From: Octopus sinensis
Lineage: Eukaryota
Reading direction: 5' to 3'
Length of the DNA stretch: 64,000 nt
NCBI RefSeq assembly: GCF_006345805.1
Contig: NW_021834418.1
Coordinates: 1 to 64,000 of the forward strand
The stretch's first letter is position 1. Each line of letters begins with the position of its first letter. Made by a program: the position numbers and the translations under genes. The notes beneath the pieces were generated by a model. The model ran no database searches and was not told the origin of the DNA. It saw nothing but the letters and a program-made list of their open reading frames with translations. Below are positions 21,700-33,950 of this stretch, in pieces.

Positions 21700-22330
21700 T
21701 TCTATTCTTCTCCGCCTCACCGAAATCGTCCTATCGCTAAAACCTTGCTCTTTTCATGCACCACATCACCTCATTAATTATCCAGTATATCTTTGTAAGG
21801 TAATTCCGAAACTTCCATTCAAAACTGCTGCTACAAACTGCGTCCCCAATCAACCTTACGTTCCTTAAAAATGCTCTGAATCTGCTCTTTATAAACCCTA
21901 CACGTATCCTTTTTCGGTCGCCCACTTCGCCGTCCATTATCTTAAACACTACGACCCATTACTGAACCTCACAATTTTTCCTCCCACCTCGTTTCTGTGT
22001 ATTGCATGAAAAAAAGTCTGTGTGATCATAACGTCTTTGTAAGCCTGATTCGTCCGAGTCTAAACGAGAGGTTTAGCCACTGAGTCTCGTATGATCGACT
22101 AAAACACATTTCATCGACGATTACCCACCACTTCTCTGCATCTCGTCGTCTCCCGTATTGTCCTACTCAAACCACCAACAATTTCCACCACCCAAAATAT
22201 CCCCGTTCACACGTGAACATCTTTTCCATTTCGGATAAACACGAGTGCATGCGTTATAAAATATCTTTCTTTTCTCCATCTATTGACATCCACCGAAAAA
22301 CACCTACCCCATGCAAACATAAATAATAAT
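21700..22330 (-). mobile_element. Very old LINE RT remnant in intron 3 (also about 49100-49700 and 34700-35300)
   Basis: Weak similarity: minus strand GSVMG..VFKIMDGEV resembles GCVMSP.LFN.FMDGVV. Confidence 0.3.
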
Positions 22331-22388
22331 CCGAGTCGTAACCACAAATACTTACCCGTATACATATAACATATATATACATATATTA

Positions 22389-22796
22389 GGCGCAGGAGTG
22401 GCTGTGTGGTAAGTAGCTTGCTTACCAACCACATGGTTCTGGGTTCAGTACCACTGCGTGGCATCTTGGGCAAGTGTCTTCTGCTTAGCCTCGGGCCGCC
22501 CAATGCCTTGTTAGTGGATTTGATAGACGGAAATGAAAGAAGCCTGTGGAATATATGTATATATATATATATTTGTGTGTGTGTATATGTTTGTGTGTCT
22601 GTGTTTGTCCCCCACCATCGCTTGACAACCGATTCTGGTGTGTTTACGTCCCCGTCACTTAGCCTTTCGGCAAAAAGAGATCGATAGAATAAGTACTGGG
22701 CTCACAAAGAATAAGTCCCGGGGTCGATATGCTCGACTAAAGGCGGTGCTCCAGAATGGCCGCTGTCAAATGACTGAAACAAGTAAAATAAAAAAG
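22389..22796 (+). mobile_element. tRNA-derived SINE, family 1, full length
   Basis: GGCGCAGGAGTGGCTGTGTGG head, central TA/GT tract, ...GGCCGC.GTCAAATGACTGAAACAAGTAAAA tail. A degraded 3' half follows at about 22965-23135. Confidence 0.88.
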
Positions 22797-22822
22797 GTAT
22801 ATATATATATATATATAAATAA

Positions 22823-22876
<54 letters not shown>

Positions 22877-23151
22877 ACCAGTTATCATATAATCTTAATA
22901 TCCGACAAATATATTTGGTAGACGAAAATAAGAATGTCGTATAATGTATATATATAATATATATATGTCTGTGTTGTCCCTAGCATTGCTTGACAAATGC
23001 TGTGTGTTTACGTCCCCGTCACTAGCGGTTGCAAAAGAGACCGATAGAATAAGTACTGGGCTTACAAAGAATAAGTCGATTGCCGACTAAAGGCGGTGCT
23101 CCAGCATCAGTCAAAACTGAAACAGTTAAAGAGTATATATTATATATATAT

Positions 23152-23195
<44 letters not shown>

Positions 23196-23392
23196 GACGA
23201 GAATGCAAATGCAAAGTACTTCTAAGCTTCAGCAACACACGTTTACAATAAATAAACATACATATTACAATTCGTTCACACGCGACTAAACATGACTTCT
23301 TTTAAGGGTCAAACTGTAATGAATGTTTCCGTTATTTCATATATAATTTTGCTTAATATCTTTTTTACTTGATTTATTCTTACCATTTCTAG

Positions 23393-23890
23393 GTGTGGCT
23401 GGTGGACAATGGTACGGCTACACAGGTGGCGGAAGTAATCTCTTGTGTCTACCCAACGATCCCATTTGGGCCAATTATACGACAGAAGTTGAAATAGGTG
23501 GTTACATTTATGGCAGTGAATATCAACTGGAAACATACCTAACTAATAAACTCTTTTCTTTTGCTAACGCTGAATCAATTCATCAACACAACGTTCCGTG
23601 CGCTGTCTGTTTGACACGACAACCTGCTGTTGTTATGATGTTACCAGCCAGGACAAAGTGTTACCCTGGCTGGACAGCTGAGTATTCAGGATATTTGATG
23701 GCTGAGCATTATAAGGATAATGGCAGACTTGAATATGTGTGTGTGACTATGCACCAGAAGCTGATCCAGCAGGTTACAGAAACGAAAATGGAGCTACTTA
23801 TATTTCGTTCAGGCTGCTTGTGGTTCATTGCCATGTCCACCGTATGTCAATGGTCAAGAATTATCCTGCGTTGTGTGCAGTAAATATTGA
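23393..23890 (+). CDS. Copy A exon 4 (NC1-like domain), two 1-nt deletions near the 3' end
   Basis: ctag|GVAGGQWYGYTGGGSNLLCLPNDP...EYVCV[D]YAPEADPAGY...CGSLPCPPYVNGQELSCVVCSKY*; AATAAA at 24022. Confidence 0.82.
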
Positions 23891-25583
23891 ATAGAAATTT
23901 ACGTTCATTTCTATATGAAAATTTATGTCGGCGAATCATAAATAATATTATAATAAAGCAACATATACGTTTCTTGTAATTGTGTTTCGCAGTATTCTAA
24001 TCCAAGTAATATATGTCGTTAAATAAATTGCGGCTACAAGTTTTCAGAAAATATTCAAAACGAAACAACAGAGACGTCATAGAATGTGACAAATAGCTTA
24101 ACAGAACGATGTAATCCTCGGGGAATGATTCTAGAATACATTGTATGAGGTTCAGTTTATCAAATTTAAAAGTTGAAATAAAATGATGATTCGTTTAAAT
24201 GTTTTTGTATTCCGTCTTAAAATGAAAACAATCCCCAAATGAAACACCTCCGTACAAATATATCACCCTTTCATGATCAATCTTCAGAAAACACGATAAA
24301 AGCTTATAACTAACATCACTAAATCATGATGGTTTAATAAAAAAATACTCCCATACGTATCAATGTAACTACAATCGATGCGATGACAGCACTGCAATCC
24401 AATCGCGGATATTACCTAATAAAGGATATTTGATATCCACTGAAGGAATACCACAAAATGTTGACTACCTAACTACTAGTCAGGTTACTAACACATTGAA
24501 GTTTTCACGAAACACTTTCGACAAGGGTACAAGTACACGTCCCACGATGAACTACTTTCAACCTACATTCAAATATTCCCGCTTTTCTACAAAAATCACA
24601 CACACACAGCCTCGCGTCACATTACACACGCAGCCTCTCATCGTTTCCTGAAAACTGATGTGCCAAAATAAAATATGAAACCACCAAGAAATATGAGTAG
24701 ACTTCAGGAACAGAATCAACCGAATCTACAGCAACACCACAAAACATCAAGTTCAACAAATTATCTCCGTCTGTAACATAAAACTATCAAACTCGCAGAA
24801 GAGGAACTTGCTTCGAGATACATGCATACAATAACTGTAACACACATAAACGACTTAGTAAGGAAAGGAACACCACTTATAAAATATACATTAGGTGGAA
24901 TCAGTGCAACATGTTGAGTGTTTCACACTATACCCAGCATGATTGCTCCTTGTATGTGGGAGTTTGTAGAATGGCTGCCAGATAAACGAAGGTATCCGTG
25001 GAAAGAGGGATCTGTGGGTGGCAGCACGTGTTTTCTCCGATTAATTGCGTGCCATAAGAATGCTCGATTGTGAAAAAGCTAGAGAAAAAGAATAATAATT
25101 AAGTAATATGAAAGCACGAAATGCAAATTGACAAATGAATATATGGAAACATTCAACATGGCGTTTCCAGTGAACAGTATTAGCGCTCAGTATTAGGCAT
25201 AAGCAATTTTTAGGTTCGTTAAAATGTGCTAATGGCATATTTCAAACTCTAAAGGCAAATTCAGTGCAGAAAGCGGCAAAAACAGCATATCAGTCCAGTG
25301 CTGCTCCCTATCGGGTTCCAGTTCAGTCGTTATCAAAAGAAAATACCGAAGAGGGGAATATCTGGACAAACTTAAAGCCATAGCTTTAACTTAAACATAG
25401 TCAACAACAACGAGTAAGTGACGCCATTAGAGCGCCAGGCTGGAGTCTGTCGTGAGTTACCTCCCTTCGTTATTTCTCTTTGATAAATTCTTCGCTAGAG
25501 GAGTTGACTTCAACCTTGTGCCCCAACAGTAACTGCGGTCGCTCGTACGTGCCCGCATTTTCCCCGCATATTTGTGTGTATGA

Positions 25584-25586
<3 letters not shown>

Positions 25587-25622
<36 letters not shown>

Positions 25623-25998
25623 TGTCAGTGAGTGTGTGTGTGTCGGTGTGTGTGTGTCACTCTGTGTGTGTCAGTGTGTGTGTGTGTGTGTCAGCGTGTG
25701 TGTCAGTGTGTGTGTGTGTGTGTGTGTGTCAGTGTGAGTGGCAGTATGTGTGTGTCAGTGTCAGTGTGTGTGTGTATGTGTGTGTGTGTCAGTGTGTGTG
25801 AGTTTGTGTGTCAATGTTTGTGTGTGTGTGTGTTTATGTCAGTGTTTGTTTGTGTTTGAGTGTCAGTGTGTGTGATTGTATGTGTGTGTCAGTTTGTGTG
25901 TATGTCGGTGTGTGTGTGTGTGTATGTGTGTCAGTGTCTGTGTGTGTGTGTATGGATTTCAGTGTGTGCGTGTGTATGTGTGTCAGTGTGCGTGTATG

Positions 25999-26033
<35 letters not shown>

Positions 26034-26903
26034 ATGTATGTCAGTGTGTGTGTGTGTCAGTCATTGTGTGTGTGTATGTGTGTGTGTGTGTGACAGTGTG
26101 TGTGCGTGTGTATTTGTGTGTGTGTCAATGTGTGTGTTGTGTGTATGTCAGTGTGTGTGTGTGTGTATGTAAGTGTGTGCGGGTGTATGTGTGTGAGTGT
26201 GTGTTTGTGTGTGTGTGTGAGTGTGAGTCTGCGTGTTGTGTGTGTGTGGTGTGTCAGTGTGAGTGGCAGTATGTGTGTGTCAGTGTCAGTGTGTGTGTGT
26301 GTGTGTATGTGTGTGTGTGTGTCAGTGTGTGTGAGTTTGTGTGTCAATGTTTGTGTGTGTGTGTGTTTATGTCAGTGTTTGTTTGTGTTTGAGTGTCAGT
26401 GTGTGTGATTGTATGTGTGTGTCAGTTTGTGTGTATGTCGGTGTGTGTGTGTGTGTGTATGTGTGTCAGTGTCTGTGTGTGTGTGTATGGATTTCAGTGT
26501 GTGCGTGTGTATGTGTGTCAGTGTGCGTGTATGTGTGTGTGTGTGTGTGTTGTGTGTGTGTGTGTGTGTATGTATGTCAGTGTGTGTGTGTGTCAGTCAT
26601 TGTGTGTGTGTATGTGTGTGTGTGTGTGACAGTGTGTGTGCGTGTGTATGTGTGTGTGTGTGTCAGTGTGTGTGTGTGTGTGTATGTAAGTGTGTGCGGG
26701 TGTATGTGTGTGAGTGTGTGTTTGTGTGTGTGTGTGTGTGTGTGAGTGTGTGTTTGTGTGTGTGTGTGTGTGTATGTGTGTCAGTGTGCGTGTATGTGTG
26801 TGTGTGTGTGTCTGTGTGTGTGGTGTGTGTGTTGGCGTTTGTGTCAGTCTGTGCTTGTGTTTGTGTGTGCCAGTGTGTGTGTGTGTGTGTCTTTGTGTCT
26901 GTG
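25587..26903. repeat. Complex (GT)n/GTCA microsatellite with a ~530-bp internal duplication, upstream of copy B
   Basis: Block starting gtgagtggcagtatgtg at about 25733 recurs at about 26258. Confidence 0.9.
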
Positions 26904-27322
26904 TATTCGTCGGTTGAACGAAATACTTCCCACACTGAATATTAAAACAGTTTCCCAAGAATAACAAATAAAATTAAATAACAACATTAGTAAATAAATA
27001 TATCATAATATATCCAGAAACAGGAATCATTTCACTTTACACGTGTCTCTCATTCATCAAAATATTTTGCTAATTATTGTGTGACAATATCAAACCATCT
27101 CTTTCCAATAATTAAACCTGTCAGACAAGTTCACACCCGCTTTTACAGTTCCACCAATCGCATTGGTTCATAAATTTACGATAAGATCTATGCCAGAGCT
27201 GGGTTGTTGTGCGCTCAATAAATACGTGGAATTCAGTTACAGGTCTTCAGCTTAAACCTCGCATCTCGATCTTTTGTTGAAGCCACACGAAGTATCACGT
27301 ACGACCGACAACTGTCACCAGA

Positions 27323-27466
27323 ATGGATTTCGCACAACTGTCCAGGAATATTTCGCAGCGTTATTCCATTTCTTCTCTCATAGCTTTTGGGGTTCTTCTC
27401 GTTCTGACGATCGTGATTCTTCATCAAGATTCAAGAATACGAAAAATGGAAGAGAAATCGAAAACG
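27323..27466 (+). CDS. Copy B exon 1 (intact)
   Basis: 144 nt = MDFAQLSRNISQRYSISSLIAFGVLLVLTIVILHQDSRIRKMEEKSKT|gtaagt. Confidence 0.8.
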
Positions 27467-27905
27467 GTAAGTCATGGATTTTGTGTTAATATATGTATGT
27501 GTTTATGTATTTATATATGCATGTATGTATGTATGCATTTACGTATGTATGTATACATATGTGGATGTATGTACGTACCGATGGATGGATGAATGTAAGG
27601 ATGTATGCATGAACCATGTACATATGTTCCTATGAAGCACACACACACACATAAGATCACACACGTAATCACACACGAACACACAGGCGGACACACCTAA
27701 ACATACATATATATACATATACATATATTTGTATATATAATATACATATATATATAAATATACATATATATGAATATATTAGCGCGTGAACGTATATAGA
27801 TATATATATACAAACAAATATATGCGTGTGTGTATCTATCACTGTATCTCTCTGTCTATCTTTCTCTCTATATATATCTATCTATATATATATATATGTA
27901 TGTGT

Positions 27906-27937
<32 letters not shown>

Positions 27938-27952
27938 TTGTATATTAATATA

Positions 27953-28090
27953 TTCTTTTACCTGTTTCAGTCATTTGACTGCGGCCATGCTACAGCACTG
28001 CGTTTAGTAGGACAATTTATTCTTTGTAAGCCTATTGTTCATTCTATCGGTATCTCTAGCCGAACGGCTATGTAACGGGGACGTAAACAC
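27953..28090 (-). mobile_element. 3' fragment of SINE family 1 (also 42533-42720 and 54204-54390)
   Basis: gtttcagtcatttgactgcggccatgct...ctatcggt..ggacgtaaacac. Confidence 0.75.
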
Positions 28091-28101
28091 ATATATATGT
28101 G

Positions 28102-28221
<120 letters not shown>

Positions 28222-28962
28222 TATATATGTATATGGATATATATATATATATACATACATATACACACATCCTAAAGAAACACAAAGAAGGGTGGAATTG
28301 TACTCCTGTCCGATCGCTCTTTCACCAGACATAATCCTGGAGAGGGAAATAAGTGCGTAATGAAAAAAATCTAATGGTGGGGTTCCAGCATGGCCATGCC
28401 CTGTCGCTGCAACGTTTAGCCCTATTAATATTAGTGTTAAGTATTATATCTAGATGTACACTTACACACACGCACCGAAACAGACACAATACAAACACAC
28501 ACACACGCACAAACATAGGAAATACGTACATATTTACACCACATTATCTATTTCTCTCCATCAGGAACGGAAGTGAGGCGAGTTTTTTTGAATCTTTTCT
28601 TTCCAACTGAAAATAAAACGTGCGAGTGCCAATGTAAGATCGGTGAATTCGTAATGTTTGACTGTAATTCACGGTTGGTTTTATATATGACAATATGTAA
28701 GAACGAATGTAAATACATCACCACAGACACACGGACAAACAACACGCACAAATAAACACAAAACACACACACTACGCACGCACACAGACACACTGCTCAA
28801 TTGTACACGAACAATCACACTATACAGTGTATGTCCACTCACATATATGTGTGCGTTTGTGTGTGTGTATGCGTATAAGTAGATACGTATATTTTTGATA
28901 TTTATGTGTTTATTATGCTTCGTATACGTGCATACCTATATATCGATATGTATTTATATATG

Positions 28963-29025
<63 letters not shown>

Positions 29026-29071
29026 ATATAATATATATATATATATATATGTGTGGTGTGTGTGTCTTTGT

Positions 29072-29380
29072 GGAGGCGCAGTGGCCCAGTGGTTGGGCAT
29101 AGCGGACTCACGGTTGTAGGATCACGGTTTCGATTCCCACACTGGGCGTTGTGAGGAGTGTTTATTGAGCGAAGACAACCTACAGCTCCAGGAGCCTCCG
29201 GCAGGTTTTGGTGGTAAAACCCGGCTGTACTCTTTCGCCACAAATTTCTCGCCTTCTTCTGTTGGCCTGCTCGCTTAGCCAGCGGGTGGCGTCATTTAAA
29301 GGCTAAATCAAGGTGAAGCGCATTGTGACCGCGGTGTGTAGCACAACTGATAGTCTGGTCGGTCACGGTGATCACGGAGA
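29072..29380 (+). mobile_element. tRNA-derived SINE, family 2 (also 43959-44197 and 55459-55720)
   Basis: GGAGGCGCAGTGGCCCAGTGGTT (A box) ... GGTTTCGATTCC (B box), shared body ...gcctgctcgcttagccagcggg... Confidence 0.75.
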
Positions 29381-29599
29381 TATATATACATGTGTATGTG
29401 TGTGTGTATATATATATGTAGATATATTTGTGTGTATATATGTGTGTGTGTGTGTGTGTGTATGTGTGTATGTGTGTTGTGTATGTGGTGTTTTGTGTGT
29501 GTATGTGTGTGTGTGTATGTGTGTGGTGTGTGTGTGTGTGTTGTGTGTACTGGCAGAATACCCGGCATTGCTGGGATTAAAATGGCAAAGTGGTATATA

Positions 29600-30190
29600 A
29601 TGAATTCCAGTCTTTTGAAACAGGTGATATGGAAAGTGCAACATTGACAACAAAACATTTGTAGAGTAAATGCTGGGCTATTCGACTAAGCAACATGCTA
29701 TGCGTCCGTTTGGAGTGTTTTCAGGGCCCTAACCTGTCATGCAAAATTGGAGGTGGGGTTTGTGTGATTTTTGAAACGCACCGAATGCTTCAGTGGATAT
29801 ACTCTCCTTTGCGCAGTGTGCGGTGTGTCTAACACGACCCATCATCGGAAATTTTGACACCTCATGTCAGGGTTGTTGTCCTACATCCTCACTTATAGAG
29901 AATTCGGAGGAATTGTGGTTGTTCATTCGGGTCCGCGGGTACCACCAATGAGGGATAGACTTGCCCATGAACTTTGACTTCGGCGTAAATTCATGTTTTA
30001 TCTATCTTCTTAGATTCACCAAACGTTGTCATTTGAAATGCAGAGTTGTATTGTCTGATATTTGTCCAGAAAAATCGTTTGACTGGACTGAAGCGCCCTT
30101 CTTGAAGATTCCTAAGGGGTTGAATGGTAGTGTTGGCAATGTTACCTGTCCGAATCTGTTTGTCATCTATTGCATTGTTTTAAGTTCTAA
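29600..30190 (-). mobile_element. Helitron Rep fragment, intron 1 of copy B
   Basis: Homologous to 14100-14680. Confidence 0.72.
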
Positions 30191-30247
30191 ACGATTATAA
30201 ATACTCTGAAGTTCTATTTATATGATGCTATTTCTATTTTTTCACAG

Positions 30248-30298
30248 AAACGTTTCATCTCCAAGAAATTCGTCGACGATAAACTGATGACACACCAA
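30248..30298 (+). CDS. Copy B exon 2 (51 nt, 1 nt short)
   Basis: KRFISKKFVDDK[P]DDTP; aaactgat versus aaacctgat in the other copies. Confidence 0.7.
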
Positions 30299-32503
30299 GT
30301 AAGAACTAATTTTAATGGCTAAAGTCTTTTACCCGTGTCTCCTTAACTAATGATTTATAATTTCAACCAACTTTGAATTAGTTCTTCATTTTATTATCCA
30401 TATTTCCACAATAGTTATAACTAAGACATTTGCTGCATTTATTTTAAAATATATTCTCCTTTACAATAATTTCCTAAATAAATGTTACTCTAATATACTA
30501 TGCCATTTATTGTGTGTATATGAGTATATATGCAGTGCTACGCGTCGATAATTGTACCAAGCCCTCTTCATAAATACAATTATTTGAACATCCATATAAG
30601 TATTTTATGGCAACCAGTATTTACCCATTAAACTCACCTTCCTGGTAAACCATCCGCAACATGCCCCAGGGCACGTGATCTTGAGCCTTTCCGTGGTTTA
30701 CAGCGTATAACACTTGGAATAATTCAATGTTTGCTGGAAGATCAGTCTTGAACGAATCTCTGGTCGGGTGTACTCCGTCCAGGACGGTAATCTTGGGCGC
30801 GAAAATTTCCCTACATATCTTTCTGACATCTAGTGTAGACTTTTCTATAATTAGAATACACTCTTTGGTCTCAATTTGAAAGATTATGATTGTCACCCCA
30901 TATTACCATTGCCTGGTGTTTTTTTCCAGAGGTCTCATCCACCTAGCATACATGGGTCCACTCAGAGAATACCATCTGTATTAAAGTTTCTAAAATATCA
31001 AGCCGAACGTGCTTTTCACCAGCAGCTTTATCACTTTTAAGTGAGTTTAGCTCAAATAAGCCTTCAAACGAAGAAGAACCTGCCGAAAAACATAATACAA
31101 TCACGAATCCATTTCGATGTCCAACTTCATTCAGGCGGGTCACTCTCAATTTGGATGCAATGCCTCCACATTTTCGTTCTGAGATCGAGCATCCACTGCG
31201 GCTTCCCAACAGTATTCTGTAGGTCGCACTAGACTTACCAATTTCCAGTGTTCTGCAGACTGTAGGAATTTTCAGGTTTTTAGACATTTAGGTAGTGACG
31301 AGTTGACAACTCCACCCTTCCTTTTACCCGAACGTTCAGCAAAGAGTGAAGATGACGAAATCTATCAGAAACCTCTGTCACCAAGTATTTCTAAATCAGG
31401 CACCTTATAAATATCCCTGTCTTCAAATAATATCTATACCATAGAGAGGAGAGTGTGTATCCTGCACAGAAGCCTGCTAGACCTCTCCATTAAGTTCACT
31501 GACGACGTTCCTTCCAATCAATCCTTCTCACGGTTATCAGTGCCAAGGTGTGCACTGAAGTCTCCTTGCAGGACAAATGACTTTACCCCAAATATATCTA
31601 AAGCTGAGGTGAATTTGCTTAGGAAGGATTTGTATTTGAATTCGCATTTTGCTGCATATACGTACAGTACGCTAAGGGCCCGAAGGAATAGCCATACCGC
31701 ATCATCCATCGAGTGGATAAATCAGTTCCGTCCGTCGATCTTGATGGGAGAGGAGACGATTCGGAAAATACATTGCAGTCTCCACCCAACTCAATCTGAG
31801 ATGCATTGGGATGGAACAAATATGCGTCTTCAAACCCCGTAGCAGGTTCACAAGGGATCAACCGTTCATAATTGAGAATTAGACTGTCAAAACGGACGAT
31901 ACAAAGCGCACCTGTTTATATAATCGGTGGTCTTCTCAAGAAAGCTTCGTTACTTCGGAAACGCACAATTGGAATAGGTTGGAAACTCCACTGGTGCAAG
32001 TGTGGTGCCAACTATGTCTGCACAGTCGGAAGTGGGATGTTCACATCCTGGTTTCAGATTGGATTATGGAGTAAATCCCACTAGGTATTAAGGGATACTC
32101 CTGAGCTCAAGCAGAATGAGGAGTGGTGTAGCTGCTGGAAGTAAATGCATCCAATAGCGAGGCAAATACAATCATTCTCCTTAACAAAGTCACTGCAGCT
32201 TTGGATTTTGGGGTAAAGTCATCGTCTTACAAGGAGACTTCCGTGGCACACTTTTGCGCTGATAAGCCGCAAGAAGTATTGATTGGTGGAATCGCCTCAA
32301 CACCATAATTGGGGTGGCCATACTAGTCTTCTGAAGGAACGGACTCTCTCTTCGCGCCAACACACCAAGCTGATATTCGTAAAGTGGCCATCAGGTGCCA
32401 AGAATGATAATTGCCAACATATCTATAAAAGAAGAACTTAATCATTTTTATTGCCACAATTATATAAATGTGTACATATATATGTATATCTGTATATATA
32501 TAC

Positions 32504-32607
32504 ATGAGATCTCCCCTTTTTAGTAGAAGAAGTAGCTATAACCCTTTGACTGCTATTCTAATTCGGTATGTGGTAAGGCAATTCGTTGCTGAACCCTTAA
32601 GTGCTTG

Positions 32608-32662
<55 letters not shown>

Positions 32663-32767
32663 TATACTAAGCAATAAGGGTTCAGCAACGAATGCCTTAC
32701 CACAACCGAATTAGAAATAGCAGTCAAAGGGTTTTAGCTATTTCTTCTCCTAAAAAGGAGATCTCAT
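32504..32767. mobile_element. Short foldback/MITE-like element: ~103-bp inverted arms around a (TA)n spacer
   Basis: atgagatctcc..ctgaacccttaagtgcttgt (32504-32608) versus actaagcaataagggttcagc..ggagatctcat (32666-32767). Confidence 0.7.
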
Positions 32768-32794
32768 AAAATATATATAATATATATATATATA

Positions 32795-32847
<53 letters not shown>

Positions 32848-32858
32848 TATATATATAT

Positions 32859-32902
<44 letters not shown>

Positions 32903-32920
32903 TATTATTTAATAGATATA

Positions 32921-33338
32921 GGCGCAGAGTGGCTGTGTGGTAAGTAGCTTGCTAACCAACACACATGGTTTCCGGGTTCAGTCCCACTGCGTGGCACCTT
33001 GGGCAAGTGTCTTTTACTATAGCCCCGGGCCGACCAATGCCTTGTGAGTGGATTTGGTAGACGAAACTGAAAGAAGCCGTCGTATTAATATGTATATATA
33101 TATATGTATGTGTGTGTGTTTGTGTGTCTGTGTTTGTCCCCCTAGCATTGCTGACAACCGATGCTGGTGTGTTTACGTCCCCGTCACTTAGCGGTTCGCC
33201 AAAAGAGACCGATAGAATAAGTACTGGGCTTACAAAGAATAAGTCCCGGGGTCGATTTGCTCGACTAAAGGCGGGTGCTCCAGCATGGCCGCAGTCAAAT
33301 GACTGAAACAAATAAAAGAGTAAAAGAAAAAAGAGTAA
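32921..33338 (+). mobile_element. tRNA-derived SINE, family 1
   Basis: Same head, body and tail as 22389-22796; equivalent position to 62567 in copy D. Confidence 0.88.
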
Positions 33339-33446
33339 AGATATATATATATATATATATATTAATCTTTACTCTTTTTTCTTTTACTCTATATATATAT
33401 ATATATACTCACATCTAAATAAAGGAGTAAAAGAAAAAAAGAGTAA

Positions 33447-33485
<39 letters not shown>

Positions 33486-33507
33486 TTTATTATTCCCTAA
33501 TATTTAT

Positions 33508-33553
<46 letters not shown>

Positions 33554-33876
33554 TCACATCCCAGTTCAACTACAAAACAAACATCCGTTTTTAAGGGAGC
33601 CAAATACACATTCTGATATTCTGAGATTAATCTCTCAATTCGTTGACATCAACGTCAACAACAGGCTCAATAGACAAACGACTAATTTTCTTCGTTTAAA
33701 ATTTATTCTTAGCGATCATTTACTTCTTTCATTCTGATTTTATTCATTCACTCATTCTTTTTCTCTTAAATTCTAAATTCTCTCCTCTCTATCAATTCTT
33801 CCAAGCCAACAACTTCCTTGTATAGGATTCAAGAATTCTTTTTTTAAAACTAAATTATTTCATTTTAATTTCACAG

Positions 33877-33950
33877 AACCCGGTCCCGGATCATTGTATA
33901 CCCGGTGGGGCAGAACAAGTTGTCCTCCTTATTCAACATTGTATATGACG
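33877..33950 (+). CDS. Copy B exon 3 (74 nt, 1 nt short)
   Basis: KPGPGSLYTRWGRTSCPPYS[N]IVYD-G; tcaacatt versus tcaaacctt. Confidence 0.75.

Larger units (their letters stand above)
765..23890 (+). other. Gene copy A (chimeric A/A'): type II membrane protein with a spongin short-chain-collagen-related (collagen IV NC1-like) domain
   Basis: Exons 765-908, 14734-14785 (or 18141-18192), 20915-20988 and 23393-23890. GT-AG introns with compatible phases 0,1,1. Motifs YTRWGRTTCP, GGGSNLLCLPNDP, HNVPCAVC, PARTKCYPGW-EYSGYLM, EYVCVD and CGSLPCPPY...CVVCSK match the 'short-chain collagen C4-like' family. Confidence 0.8.

Noticed and set aside
25041-25238. Near-identical minus-strand ORF (MPLAHFNEPK..) repeated at 51588-51935
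   Set aside because: It is explained by high DNA identity of the A and C flanks; it has no recognisable domain and its length differs between copies.
25480-26967. Many long CV/HT/YI/MYVC ORFs here and at 28004-28360, 38123-41014 and 52510-53214
   Set aside because: They are translations of GT, TA and ATGT microsatellites, with no coding signal.
33340-33460. Inverted and direct re-copies of the SINE tail between TA runs
   Set aside because: The sequence is low-complexity, absent in copy D, and likely slippage or an assembly artefact.
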